The notes under the pieces were generated by a model. That model did no database searches and was not told the DNA's origin. It was given only the letters and a program-made list of their open reading frames with translations. Below are positions 1 to 11,800 of a DNA stretch of 64,000 bases, piece by piece; the stretch's first letter is position 1; every line of letters begins with the position of its first letter. The position numbers and the translations under genes are program-made. The DNA lies in contig NC_042997.1 of the NCBI RefSeq assembly GCF_006345805.1, positions 75,268,001-75,332,000 of the forward strand. The letters run 5' to 3'. This stretch comes from Octopus sinensis (Eukaryota).

Positions 1-890
1 ATCGACCTAATACTTGGTCGGGCAATTTGCGGCACTTTTTGAACACTGTCTATGGAATCCCGTAAAACGGTGACTTTTAATGTTCACAAAACAAAGAACA
101 AGCAAACATCAACACTTCTGAATGACAAAAGAAAAGCTGAATATAAAAAGAATGGAGAAAAGTAAAGGAAAACTGGAAGATCGGTTGCCCTAACAAATTT
201 AAAAGACTTACTTCAAAATTCATTCAATGGAAACATTTATTTTTCTTTGTTTTTTATTTTTTGAGATTGAGACAATTTGAAAATTTTTACTGAGAAAAAG
301 TATTATGTCATTTCTTCGACTAGTTTATTTTTTATGTGAACAGAAAATTCTTGTTCGCCGCTTATAAGAGAGAAAAATCTCTTCTGTAACACGAGTAGAG
401 TATTAAGTTGGAGCGGTGAAGTATTTTTGTCGCAGTAGTCAAATTTCAGCGACAGCAGTCAAAAGAAGACCTGCTAGGATCTTCCGGTCTATTTTTACCC
501 TAACTTTTTTTGTGTTGCGGTCGACATTATTTAAGGATTATTTACTTGGTAAGCAAGTCGTGAGATCGTAATGAGGTTCCTTCGTTTGCTAGAATAAAAA
601 TAATGCAATGCAATTTAACGGTCGGTTCTGTGAGTTTTTTTTTATAGTCATTGAAACAGTCACAATTATAGCTAAAAATCCTTTCTACTAATAAGCACAA
701 GACTCGAAATTTTGTCGGGGTATAATGCTACAGTTTATATAATATCCATTACGTGTGTGTGAAAACAATTCCCGTTTTGTACAATAAAACACTGAAACAA
801 ATTAATCATTTGTGGATGGTTTCCTTTTTTCTCTTGTATCCTAGCTATAAATGGCACTGCAGACCAGTACCCTTCCAATATTTCATATCC

Positions 891-1075
891 TGTAAGGCGG
901 TGAGCTGGCGGAATTGTTAGCATGCCGAGCAAAATGCTTAGAAGTATTTCCTCCGTCATTACGCTGAGTTCAAATTCCGCCGAGGTCGATAAAATAAAGT
1001 ACCAGTTGAGCACTAGGGGCTATTTAATCGATTTACAGCTCCCCCAAACCTGCTGCCCTTATACGAACATTTAAC
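891..1075 (+). mobile_element. tRNA-derived SINE with internal deletion
   Basis: ggcggtgagctggcggaattgttagc...gagttcaaattccgccgaggtcga head with B-box-like GAGTTCAAAT. An antisense relative lies at about 26290-26490. Confidence 0.75.
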
Positions 1076-2037
1076 ACTAATATTTCCTATTCTGTCCACA
1101 CCACAATGAAAAATAGAATTTGAGCTAACTTGTGGCGAATGTCGAAATAAGTAGATTAAAGTACAGGACATGGTTTCCGTTTCGATAAATTATTAGCGCT
1201 TATGTCATTGGGGAAAAAATGAACTTCTCAACAGCCCATTCTTTAATCTCTATAGGTTAACATAATTCGTCTTCCTTTTTCCCAAAAAGTGTAAAAAAAA
1301 AAAAAAGAAAAGAATACCATTAGTTGGAGTAATTTAGATATTTGCAAACGCAAAACTTTTTTTCTAAAAATGGGACGACTCTGTTCGTAACTAGATTTAC
1401 AAATGCCGAAAAAAAATTGAAAAGCTCTAAAAAAAGCTATCAGATAATAGATATTCCGTCACTTTGGCTCGACAAGATAGAAAGAAACTAAGAGAAGTAT
1501 GTTGCACTAGTTGAAAAGTTTCAATAGTTTTATTAAGCTTGCGAAGGGAAAGTAGTAACAGTAATCACTGAGGATGTTAACACCCGCTTGCAAACATGGC
1601 GCTTTATAAAAGACACTCCTTCGTACACCACCAATAGTTTTGTTGAACTGTTTACTTTAGCTATAGTAGCAACTTAGTCATAGTCATTTCCCTTCTTGTT
1701 CTCCAGAGCGTTGATATTTTTCATCCTTAAATATATTGTAGTAATTTTCTTTCGCCCTCACTTCCGTGTACTAACAGAACAATTTGGTACACATATGCAC
1801 ACATATACACGAACATACACATAATAACCCATTTATAGATACGCACACGGACGTATAGCTTTCTCCACCTCTTTCTCCTATGTTAATTTCTTAGTTTTTC
1901 GACATCTTTCGTTGTCTCCTGCCGGCTACAGTAATAAACATTGGAGTTTTAAGCATACGAGAGAAAAAGAAAATAATTGGCCTGGTTGTTGTATGGTGAC
2001 TTAGTGTATATATGCCTCAGAATAACATATTGGAACT

Positions 2038-2071
2038 ATGGCACGGACAAGCATTTCTCAGGACGTTCAAG
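2038..2071 (+). CDS. CARMIL: CARMIL/LRRC16A-like, first coding exon (MARTSISQDVQ + G, phase 1)
   Basis: ATG GCA CGG ACA AGC ATT TCT CAG GAC GTT CAA G|gtaaac in unique sequence. Resembles the short phase-1 first exon of CARMIL (human MTEESSDVPRELIE, fly MSTRSQLTKDLNE, recalled). Confidence 0.65.
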
Positions 2072-3069
2072 GTAAACGAAAACTGAAAAATATTTTCGTT
2101 TTGTGTTTGTTCCTTTGTACTTTTATTTATCGTATTTTATATATTTTCCTTTATGTCGCTTCTACTTTTGAGACTTTTTCTCAAATTCTTTAGGTAGAAA
2201 AAAAGGGGGGAGGTGATTGAACATCACACAATACTAACACATCTATAAACTTTTTTCTCATACACTCAAATGCAGTTATCGGATTCCATGTGAGATCGAC
2301 TTTTTTGGTGTTTGAAAAGTTCACCTGAATGGCAGTGATTACAACTTGTTGCTTTAAGGAGGCGGGTTTTCTATATATTTTGACTGAGAATGGACACTGG
2401 AACTTGGATTCGATTCGTTGAAAGTTTCTGATCGCACCACAGCGCTTACATAAACATTGAACTAGATATTCTCGGCTGTGACAGTTTCTTAGGTATAGAT
2501 AATGTATTTTCGCATTTCCCTACTTAGATTTGAGCTACATTAACTTAAATATCCGGCATACCTACTCAAGTATGCTTTCCCCTGACTTTGTTTCCTCATA
2601 GCTTTAAAAAAGTAAGATACGTTTTATGAAATTTTCTAAAATTTATATCATAAATTCTGAAGTGGGGGAGAAAAATTTTGGAAAATTAACACGATTCGGC
2701 TTTGTTTCGTTAACTTTCAGAAAAATCGGTATTTGGTATTGTAAGTTTCTACGAATATCCCTCAGATGTTGAAGCTTATATCGGAATATGGGGAGGGAAA
2801 AAAAATAAAGCATAAGTTGTGGGTTCGCACACATCCTAACACGCGTCTCATCTATCTACAAAAATGAAACTTGAAATTTCGAAAAAAATTGCGATGTGTG
2901 TTAGTCAGTATGCATGTATTTTCACACACACACACATTCTTTCAAACGTTTCTGTAGAAATTAAAGCAAGCGGAGGTAAAGAATACGTACACCAGCCGTT
3001 TTCGGCGTAACAAAAACCCTAACCACCGGGTGTACGTATTCTTTACTTTCTCCGAACGTATATATATAT

Positions 3070-3424
3070 TGTTTCAGTCATTAGACTGCTGCCATGCTGA
3101 GGCACCGCCTTGAAGAAATTTTAGTCGAATGAATCGGCCCCAGTAGTTAGCTTTTTTTAAACCCTGGTACTTATTCTATCGAACTCCTAGGCCAAATTGC
3201 TAAGTTACGGGGATATAAACACTCCAACATCGGTTGTCAAGCGGTGCTGGAACACATACGCGCACACTTGTATATGACGGGCTTCTTTCATTTTCCGTCT
3301 ACCAAGTGTACTCAAAGGTTTGGTCGGCCCGAAGTTATAGAAGATACTTGTCCAAGGTGCCACACATTGGGACTGAACCCGGAACCATATCGTTAGGAAA
3401 CAAACTTCTCACGCAGCCACGCCT
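3070..3424 (-). mobile_element. tRNA-derived SINE with CR1-like 3' tail
   Basis: Minus-strand head aggcgtggctgcgtg...ggttccgggttcagtccc. Tail ggcggtgcctcagcatggcagc...tgaaac resembles the LINE 3' end at 8862-8905. Confidence 0.8.
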
Positions 3425-3447
3425 CTCTGTGTGTGTGTGTGTGTGCG

Positions 3448-3505
<58 letters not shown>

Positions 3506-3507
<2 letters not shown>

Positions 3508-4426
3508 GGGTCAGCTCATAAATACGTTTTTTTATACTTTTATTTTTAAGTTAAGATGAACAAAATTCTTTTTTTTTTTTTTTTTATCTAAAATTACTTT
3601 CCTTCATTTTCTACTATCCTATTCCGTCTATCTTGTAGACTTGCAAGTCACCTCATCCAAAGTTCACTTGTCCGTGACGAAAAATACTTCCCCAGTACTG
3701 TTCTGACCTCGTCTACAGAATTCATATTTTTTTCTGTCCAAATGATTTTGAAGACTGAAGAATAAATGATAATCAAATGGGGCAATGTGTGGCGAATATG
3801 GTGGGTGTGGCATCGTTTCCCTTTCAAACTGCTCCAGCCTTTGGAATGTCATCATCACTATATGGTTGAGCATTATCCTGATGGAAGAACACTTTTCATC
3901 GTGAAACCAAAGACAGTCGTTTTTCTTCTAGCACTGGTGTTGATGAATGGTTGAATGACCAAATCCAAGCTTCTGTGCTAGTTCCTCAACAATTATGATG
4001 AGATTTTGTTCCACTAGGGTTTGCAGGATGTCCTCGGCGAGCTCTAAAGATCTTCTGGGACGAGGTTCGTTTTCTGGGCTGTAGTTTCCGGCTCGGAATT
4101 TCTGGAATCTCTGTTGACATTGGCTTACACTTATTGTCCGATCCCCATATACTGCATTAATATTGCTCGCACTTTCCATTGTGCTGTTGCTTTTATTGAA
4201 GTAAAATATGCCAAATATGTTCTTTTGTCACTTCCATCATAGCTTTGAAAAAAACAACCGTTAAAATCGAAATTCACTCTTCAAAACTTGCACTAAGAAT
4301 AAAGACAAGGTAAAATTAATACTTGCTTTTATAGCAAGTTGATGCAGGTAGTTTATCCTGTCCCCCTCTGACTTTTAGTTCATGCATTTGAAAAAAAGAT
4401 GCATTTATTCATGGGATGACCCAATA
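3506..4426 (-). mobile_element. Internally deleted mariner transposon
   Basis: HTH fragment (NINAVYGDRTISVSQCQQRFQKFRAGN) and C-terminal HPPYSPHIAPFDYHLF (YSPDLAPSD motif). Degenerate TIRs tagggtcagctcat / atgggatgacccaata. Confidence 0.85.
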
Positions 4427-4654
4427 TATAATATGTATGATATATATATGTATGAACATGTATATATAAGCATTATATATGTGTGTATTTATATATATAT
4501 ATAAATGTAAAAAAATACAAACTGGAACAAGAACGTGAAACATTTAGAAGACGATACAAAAAACACGAACGGGACATTCGAAGCCTTCAATCTTCAGTCA
4601 AGAACCGGATCATCTTCGCAATTTCGGCTGAGATATATATTATCCATAAAAAAG

Positions 4655-5576
4655 TGCCACACCCTAGCGGATGAGGGAACCTATGGAAGCGGTAGACCTG
4701 GGATGAAGTGGTGAAGCCCGACCTTCGAACTTTAGGCCTCACCAAGGAAATGACTAGTGACTGTGACTTTTGGAAATATGCTGTGCTTCAGAAGACCTAA
4801 CAAGCCAAATGAGACCATAACCTCGTGGCCTATGCATACCTTTTCCTTCTTTGGACACTAAACTCTGTTTGCGAAGACCTGTTGAGGCAAGTGAAATCAA
4901 AATGAAATTCGATGACTGGCACCTGTGCTAGCGCGGTGCAAAGAGCACCATACACAGTGACACATAAAAGGCGCCATTTGAGTGTGGTCGTTACCAGTGT
5001 CGCCTTACTGGCACTTGAGCACCATCCGAGCGTGATCATTGCCAGAGCGTATAACTGGCTTCCGTGCCGGTGGCATGTAAAAGGCACCATTTGAGTGTGA
5101 TCGTTACCAGCATCGCCTTACTGGCTCCTGTGCCGGTGGCATTTGTAAAAAGATTTGAGCGAGGTCGTTGCCAGTACCGCCTGACTGGCTCCCGTGCCGG
5201 TGGCACGTAAAAGGCACCCATCCAAGCATGATCGTTGCCAGAGCAGCCAACTGGCTTCCGTATCTATGGCATGTAAAAGGGCACCATTCGAGCGTGATCG
5301 TTACCAACGTTGCTTCACTGGCACCTGTGTCGATGGCATGTATAAAAGATTCGAGTGAGGTCTTTGCCAGTACCGCCTGACTGACCCCCGTGCAGGTGGC
5401 ACGTAAAAAGCACCCACTACACTCTCGGAGTGGTTGGCGTTAGGAAGGGCATCCAGCTGTAGAAACTCTGCCAGATCAAGACTGGAGTCTGGTGCAGCCA
5501 TCTGGTTGCCAGCCCTCAGTCAAAACCGTCCAACCCATGCTAGCATGGAAAGCGGATGTTAAACGATGATGATGAT
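4655..5576 (+). mobile_element. RTE LINE 3' end with tandemly amplified 3' UTR unit and (GAT)n tail
   Basis: RGRPGKTWDEVV-like coding end, about 8 degenerate units carrying gtgccggtggcacgtaaaa, and tail ttaaacgatgatgatgat. Homologous to 21100-21860. Confidence 0.85.
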
Positions 5577-5842
5577 TTTCCATATTCAGTTGATAGAAGA
5601 AAATGGAGAGATAATGGTTAATAATTATTTATTAATAAATTGATAATCATTAATTCCTACAATTGTTTCACTTTGTATTCCTGCAATAAATTACAAATTT
5701 AGGCAATAAATCTGTATTCATAATATATAAGCAAAATATCATCAGGGAAATAGATGTTTTTTAATGTCTAATATTTCCTTGATGATATTTGTCTAATATT
5801 TCCCTGGTCAGATCAGTGAAAAAGTTTTATATAAAAATTATA

Positions 5843-6330
5843 AGTATTATTACAAAGCAATAGTATTATTTTCCAATGCAAAGCACCGTAAAGGTAGAAT
5901 TATAACCAGGAAATAGTGGCACAAGGTACCAATTTTCACTGATCTCGGTCTGTTTATGGTTGGGACTATCGGCCGAGTATATAGGCATTGATGTAGTGGA
6001 TATTATAAATTTATTCACCAGGTAGACATAGCTGACGAAGACCAATCAGATTTATGATAACAAATGTATTCTGAAAAGTCTGAAACTCAAGTACTAGATT
6101 GTCCATTTCTCTGGTGTCCTTCCTAGTGGAAGATGAAGATTTTTTAAGTTCACTGCCTGCACACATTTTTGCCTTTATACATTCAGTGAAGCTTTACATA
6201 AAGTCATATGGTTATTGACTGCTATTTCTAGCAAAAATTGTTACCTTGTGTCACTATTTCCTATTTATAATTCTACCTTTACGGTGCTTTTTGCTGGAAA
6301 TATTTATAATTTATTGTAATAATATTTATA
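5843..6330 (+). mobile_element. Small fold-back element with long inverted arms and a central hammerhead motif (probably PLE-derived)
   Basis: 5877-5935 gcaaagcaccgtaaaggtagaattataa..ggaaatagtggcacaaggtaccaatttt is the near reverse complement of 6233-6294. Confidence 0.6.
6029..6096 (+). ncRNA. Minimal type I hammerhead ribozyme motif
   Basis: TAG-CTGACGA-AGAC..TCAGA..TCTGA..GTCT-GAAAC-TCAA-GTA-CTA. Stem I TAG/CTA, stem II AGAC/GTCT extended by TCAGA/TCTGA, GUA cleavage triplet. Confidence 0.7.
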
Positions 6331-6463
6331 ATTTTATATATATATATAAGCGTGTGTGTATGTATGTATGCATGTATATATATATATATATATATATTTA
6401 TGTGTGTGTGTGTGTGTGTGTGTGTATGGATGTAAGTATGTACATATACATATGTATATATGC

Positions 6464-6515
<52 letters not shown>

Positions 6516-6917
6516 GGAATACAAAAAATGGGACAAGAATGCAAAACATCCAGACAGATGATACAAAAAAGGGACAACAAAACGTATGAACAACAAGCAA
6601 GTGTATTAGTTTGACACTTAGGAAAGTGAGAAAGTCTTTTATGTTTCAAACCTACGCTTGAAGAGTATGAGGAAATAAACAGAGAGTGGATTGTTGGTGA
6701 TTTTTTTTTTCTTTCCTCCGTCTTCCTTTTCTTTTGGACTTCCCTCTGTTTCCTGTTTCTGAAGAAGAGCTTTCCTTGAAACATAAAACACTCTTTCTTT
6801 CCTTCTCTGAGCGCCTCATTAATACTTTGCATGTACCACATCCTCACACTGTTATTTTTTCTTCAGCTTTTTTTTCTGTTTTTGGATTGACTATATATAT
6901 AAGCATGTATATATAAG

Positions 6918-7070
6918 TAGTGGTTGGCGTTAGGAAGGGCATCCAGCCGTAGAAACACTGCCAAATCTGACTGGGCCTGATGAAGCCTTCCGGCTTCACA
7001 GACCCTAGTTAAACCGTCCAACCCATGCTAGCATGGAAAACGGATGCTAAATGATGATGATGATGATGAA
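6918..7070 (+). mobile_element. RTE-type SINE/LINE 3' tail
   Basis: gtggttggcgttaggaagggcatccagc...ccatgctagcatggaaaacgg...(gat)n. Confidence 0.85.
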
Positions 7071-7142
7071 GAAGGTGTATATACATACACATATATATAT
7101 ATATATATATACGCATGTATATATAAATATAAGAAGGTGTAT

Positions 7143-7173
<31 letters not shown>

Positions 7174-7298
7174 AGCATGTATATATAAATATAAGGTATA
7201 TAAGCATGTATATATAAATATAAGGTGTATATACATATATATATATATGTGTGTATATACATATATATATATAAGCATGTATATATAAATATAAGAAG

Positions 7299-7341
<43 letters not shown>

Positions 7342-7761
7342 CATGTGTGTAGCATCATCATTGATTAATGTTCGTTTTCCATGTTGGCATGGGTTGGACG
7401 ATTTGACTGAGGTCTGAAGAGCCAGCACTTACACCAGGCTCTAAACTGGTCTGGTAGAGTTTCTACAGCTGGATGGCTTTCCTAACACCAACTGCTCCAT
7501 GAGTGTAGTGGGTCCTTTTTACGTGCCACCAGCACAGGAGCCAGTCAGGGTGTACTTGCATCAGTCTTGGTCAGTGTATGTATGTGTGTATATATATATA
7601 TATATAATATATATATATATGAATAAGTATGTGTGTATATATATAAATAAGCATGTGTGTATATATATAAATAAGCATGTGTGTGTGTATATATATGTTC
7701 AAATATAAGCATGTGTTTGTGTGTATATATATACATGCGTAAATATATATATAAATAGGCA

Positions 7762-7796
<35 letters not shown>

Positions 7797-7990
7797 ATAG
7801 GCATATGTGTGTGTATATATATAAAAACATGTGTGTGTATATATATATATGTATAAGCATGTATATGTAAGCATACTTGGAAAAGAATGCGTGGCGTTCG
7901 ATCATATAATAATGTAAATAATATATAAATCTATGCATATATACATACATATATATATATGTATATATACATGCATATATGGGTACAGGA
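7071..7990. repeat. (TA)/(TG)-rich minisatellite arrays interrupted by an antisense SINE tail (about 7355-7570)
   Basis: Repeating ataagcatgtatatataaatataagaaggtgt units; catcatcattgattaatgttcg...tagtgggtccttttacgtgccacc. Confidence 0.85.
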
Positions 7991-8854
7991 CATATATGCA
8001 CACTGACACGTGACGAAAGAGAATCTATCTTTCTGACTACTACCTTCATAAAGACAACAATGTGCTTAAACTGTCCCGTTCATCAGCTCGTCCTCCTTGC
8101 GTTCAGAATAATTTTTCTTTCTTTGGTCTGGCTTAACAGCCCTCAATGTTTGTTTTTACTGTTTTGTTCTCACCGTCCTGTTCTTGTTATCACTTTCACC
8201 CTCCACAAAAAATCCCATATTTTAATTAATTTGTTTTGCGGAAAAGAACTGCTTCAGCGAAGTTGCGTTTTGTCCTTACCTTCGGAAGGTAGAGTAGATG
8301 AAACAGGGACAACTGAAGGAGGGGAATATTCTTTATGTTGTATGTCTCGTTTCTCTGTTTGTCTTTTTCATTGTTTGAAAATAAGCTCGTTTCTATGTTT
8401 TTGTTTTTATGCTTTTGATTCTCATTGTGTTCAAGGTTTTTTTGATGTCTTGTACTCATATATGCAAGTATATATACATATATATTTAGGTATGTACGTA
8501 TATGTATGTATATATGCATATATTTATATATATGTTTACATACACAGACATGCTTATATATATATAAGTGAGTGTGTTAAATAATAAGGCACTAAAAGAG
8601 AATGACTCTCCCCAGACACAACGGAATATGCTTCAACACACGAACTCATATAAAGAATCTTGCAAACCAAATCCAAAAATGAAATATATATATAAACATG
8701 TGTATATATATATATATATAAGCATGTTTGTATATATATATATATATTAATTATTTATATATGCATGTATATATACATGTAGATGTAGGTACGTACATAT
8801 GTTTGTATGTATGCATATATTTTTATTTATCTCCTATATATATATATATATATG

Positions 8855-11800
8855 ATTGATTCTAGTTTCAGCTCACGAGCTGTGGCCATGCTGGGGCACT
8901 GCCATTTGGTGTTGCTACATGGTTTTACTTCACGAATGTTTTTTAGCAACTGCCATTTGGTGCATGAGAGAGTTCGATGCAGCTGCCCTCATCTGCACCT
9001 ACTGCCGTGAAGTTGGTTCATCTGGGATACCTGACAAGAAGAGATCCAGTTTCATTTTAAAGACATCTGCATCCACCCCATGCAGGTCTCTTAGGTTCTT
9101 CCGGAGGATATTGAAGGGCTGTGGGCCTCGGAAGCCCAGGCTATCACAGTATCTTGTCCTACATTTTGATGGCAAATTTGGAGTCCTAGGCACCACGCAG
9201 TGGCGCCCAGTTCTGGCATTTGTGTAACTCTCGATGCCAAAGTTTGGGACAAGTCCTTCCAGGATCTTCCAGATGTAGATTATGGCATATCTTTCTCGCC
9301 TACGCTCCAAGGAATAGAGTTTTAATCTCTTAAGTCTTTCCCAGTAGCTTATATTCTGCACAGAGGCTATCTTCTTCGTGTAGCTACGTTGGATCGCCTC
9401 AATTTCTGTGATCAACTTGACACTGGATGGTGACCATAACTGAGAGCAATAGTCAAAGTGGCTTAGGACAAGTGTCCTCCAGAGGACCACGATGGTTTCT
9501 TGTTCTCTTGTTCTAAAGGTTCTGAGAATCCATCCGGCCAGTCGTCTACATTTCATTGCCAATTTAGCAACATGTACATGAAAGGTTGCGTCATCACTCA
9601 TGTATATACCCAGGTCACGCACTGATTGTGCCTCTGGGATTGCTATTCCTCCGGGTCCAGTGTATTCATTGGGTATTGCATTTAGTTTTACATGCTGATA
9701 GTATAACTTGAAACTTTTCAGCATGGAATTGCATGCTATTCTTTTCAGCCCACTTGTTTATTTTGTCCAGCTCACATTGCAGGCGATTAGTGTCCTCAGG
9801 GTTCTGTATTGCCTGTGAAACTTTTGTATCATCTGCATAACTTGTGATCGTGGCTCTCTGCGTGGCTGAGGGCATGTCTGAGAGGGCCATTATGAACAGT
9901 AGTGGTCCCAGAACAGTGCCCTGCGGAACACCGCTCACTATTTGCATGTAAATGGAAGTGGCTACTACCACCTGACTTCTATCTTTCAGAAATTCATGAA
10001 GCCATTCTCCCAGTTTTCCAACTATGTTGAGATCACGCAGTTTGTGACATATTCCATGATCGACTTTATCAAAGGCCTTTGCAAAGTCAAGATATATCAC
10101 TTCCACATTTGAGTGGTTGAGCAGCCGTTTCAGCACCCAGTCATAGTGTTGTAGGAGCTGAGTTAAACAGCTTCTCCCTGGTCGGAAACCATGTTGGGTG
10201 TCGGGCAGCAAGTCATTCTCTTCAAGGAAGGTGATCAGCTTCCTTCTGACTATTCGTTCCATGACCTTGCCGATGTGTAAGGTCAGAGAGATAGGTCTAT
10301 AGTTCTTGGCTTCCGCTCTGCTACCTCCTTTATGAATGTGGCATATTTTACCTTCCTTCACTTTTCTTGGAATTTTGCCAGCTGCAAGGAAGCTCTGAAA
10401 GAGGAACTGCAGTGGTCTTGCTAGGACTCTCTTACATGCTTTTAGGAGGATTGCCGGGAATCCATCGGGGCCAGTAGCTGAGTCTGTTTTCATTTCATCT
10501 ATAGCCTTGATTACATCGTCTTCCTTTATATCGATGTAATCTATCGTCGCCGCCTCTGATTTTATATCTGCAGTGGTAAAAAAGTCAGTTGGATTGGTGA
10601 TTTGGAGATGCCCAAGGGGTGGAGTGAAAACACTCTTGAATTGCTCATTCAGTATTTCACTTACCCTCATTGGTTTTCCTGTAAGTCTGCCATCCTTTTC
10701 GAGGAGTGGTCCTATTCTACAGTGCACTGTAGCTGTTTCTTTGGCATACCTGTAGAAAGCTCTGGGGTTAGATTTTATGTTTTCTATAGCCCAGGCTTCT
10801 TTGTCTGCTCTTTCTTTTTCATGGGAGAGTTGCAGACATTTTTCGATTTCCAACAGTTTTATTTTTAGGCGGGACTTTTCACTGCTTTCAATCTGTTTGT
10901 TTAGGCGATTTTAAAATTTTGTACGCCGTCTCATTAAAATTTTCCTCTCTCTGGGGATTTTGTTCTTGTGTACAGTGGCCTTTCTCTCTGGGACACATTT
11001 GTAGCATATGGCTTGCATTACAGACATGAATTGTTGAAGTTTCACGTCGATGTCTGGCGAGGAGAGACATTTAGGCCAGTTTTGTTTGAGGATCTCTTTC
11101 TCAATTTGTTTCCAGTTTGCCTTATGGTAGTTCAAGCTGGAAAGATTTTGAGGGTTTCTTGTAGGCTGCATGTCCGTGCTCTTTGGCCCGTACATGGTCA
11201 GCTCTATCATGTTGTGATCCGAGAGTAGTGTGTCGGTGTCACTTTCACATTATGGATGAGATCCATGTCATTTGTGAATCTGAGATCCAGTGTGTTACCT
11301 GCCCTGGTTGGTTGGAGTATTACCTGCTCCATGTACAGGGTGTTGATGAGGTTCAGGAGGGACCTCGCCTGTCCTCGTTCACATCTTGTCATTCCTGGGA
11401 GAGAAAGGCCCTCGGGCCATCTGACATTGGGCAGATTGAAGTCTCCCATAAGAAGCACACCTATGTGTTGTTCTAATGTGGTTAGAATTTCTTCATTTTT
11501 ATAAGGCAGTCTTCAAACTGCCCACATGGCTTGGGGCATCTGGAGGGCGATATGTAGCACACACAACTACATCAAGTTGCCTAATATGTAAATTAGTGTG
11601 TCACACACCGAGTTTGAGTATGACAAGAGGACCTGGGGTGTGAGGTCCTCACGGATGTACATAGCAACACCTCCATGACTCCTTTCTTTCCTGTCGGTCC
11701 GTAGTACAGCATACTGTGGTATGTGTAACTCTGCATCTGCTATGTCCGGTTTCAGGTGCGTTTCTGTAAGTGCTATGCATAAGGCTTGATTGCATGCAAC

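Noticed and set aside
891-990. tRNA gene (also 3340-3424)
   Set aside because: SINE heads with A/B-box remnants, no full cloverleaf, followed by SINE body.
4900-5420. CRISPR-like repeat/spacer appearance
   Set aside because: Eukaryotic RTE 3' UTR units; spacers are homologous to each other and there are no cas genes.
6246-8049. ORFs rich in YI/VC/HT
   Set aside because: Translations of (TA)n/(TG)n microsatellites; the same applies at 14746-15554, 16066-17130 and 27894-29104.
7979-8584. 201-aa ORF
   Set aside because: Low-complexity Leu/Phe/Cys-rich sequence with no recognisable motif; partly microsatellite.
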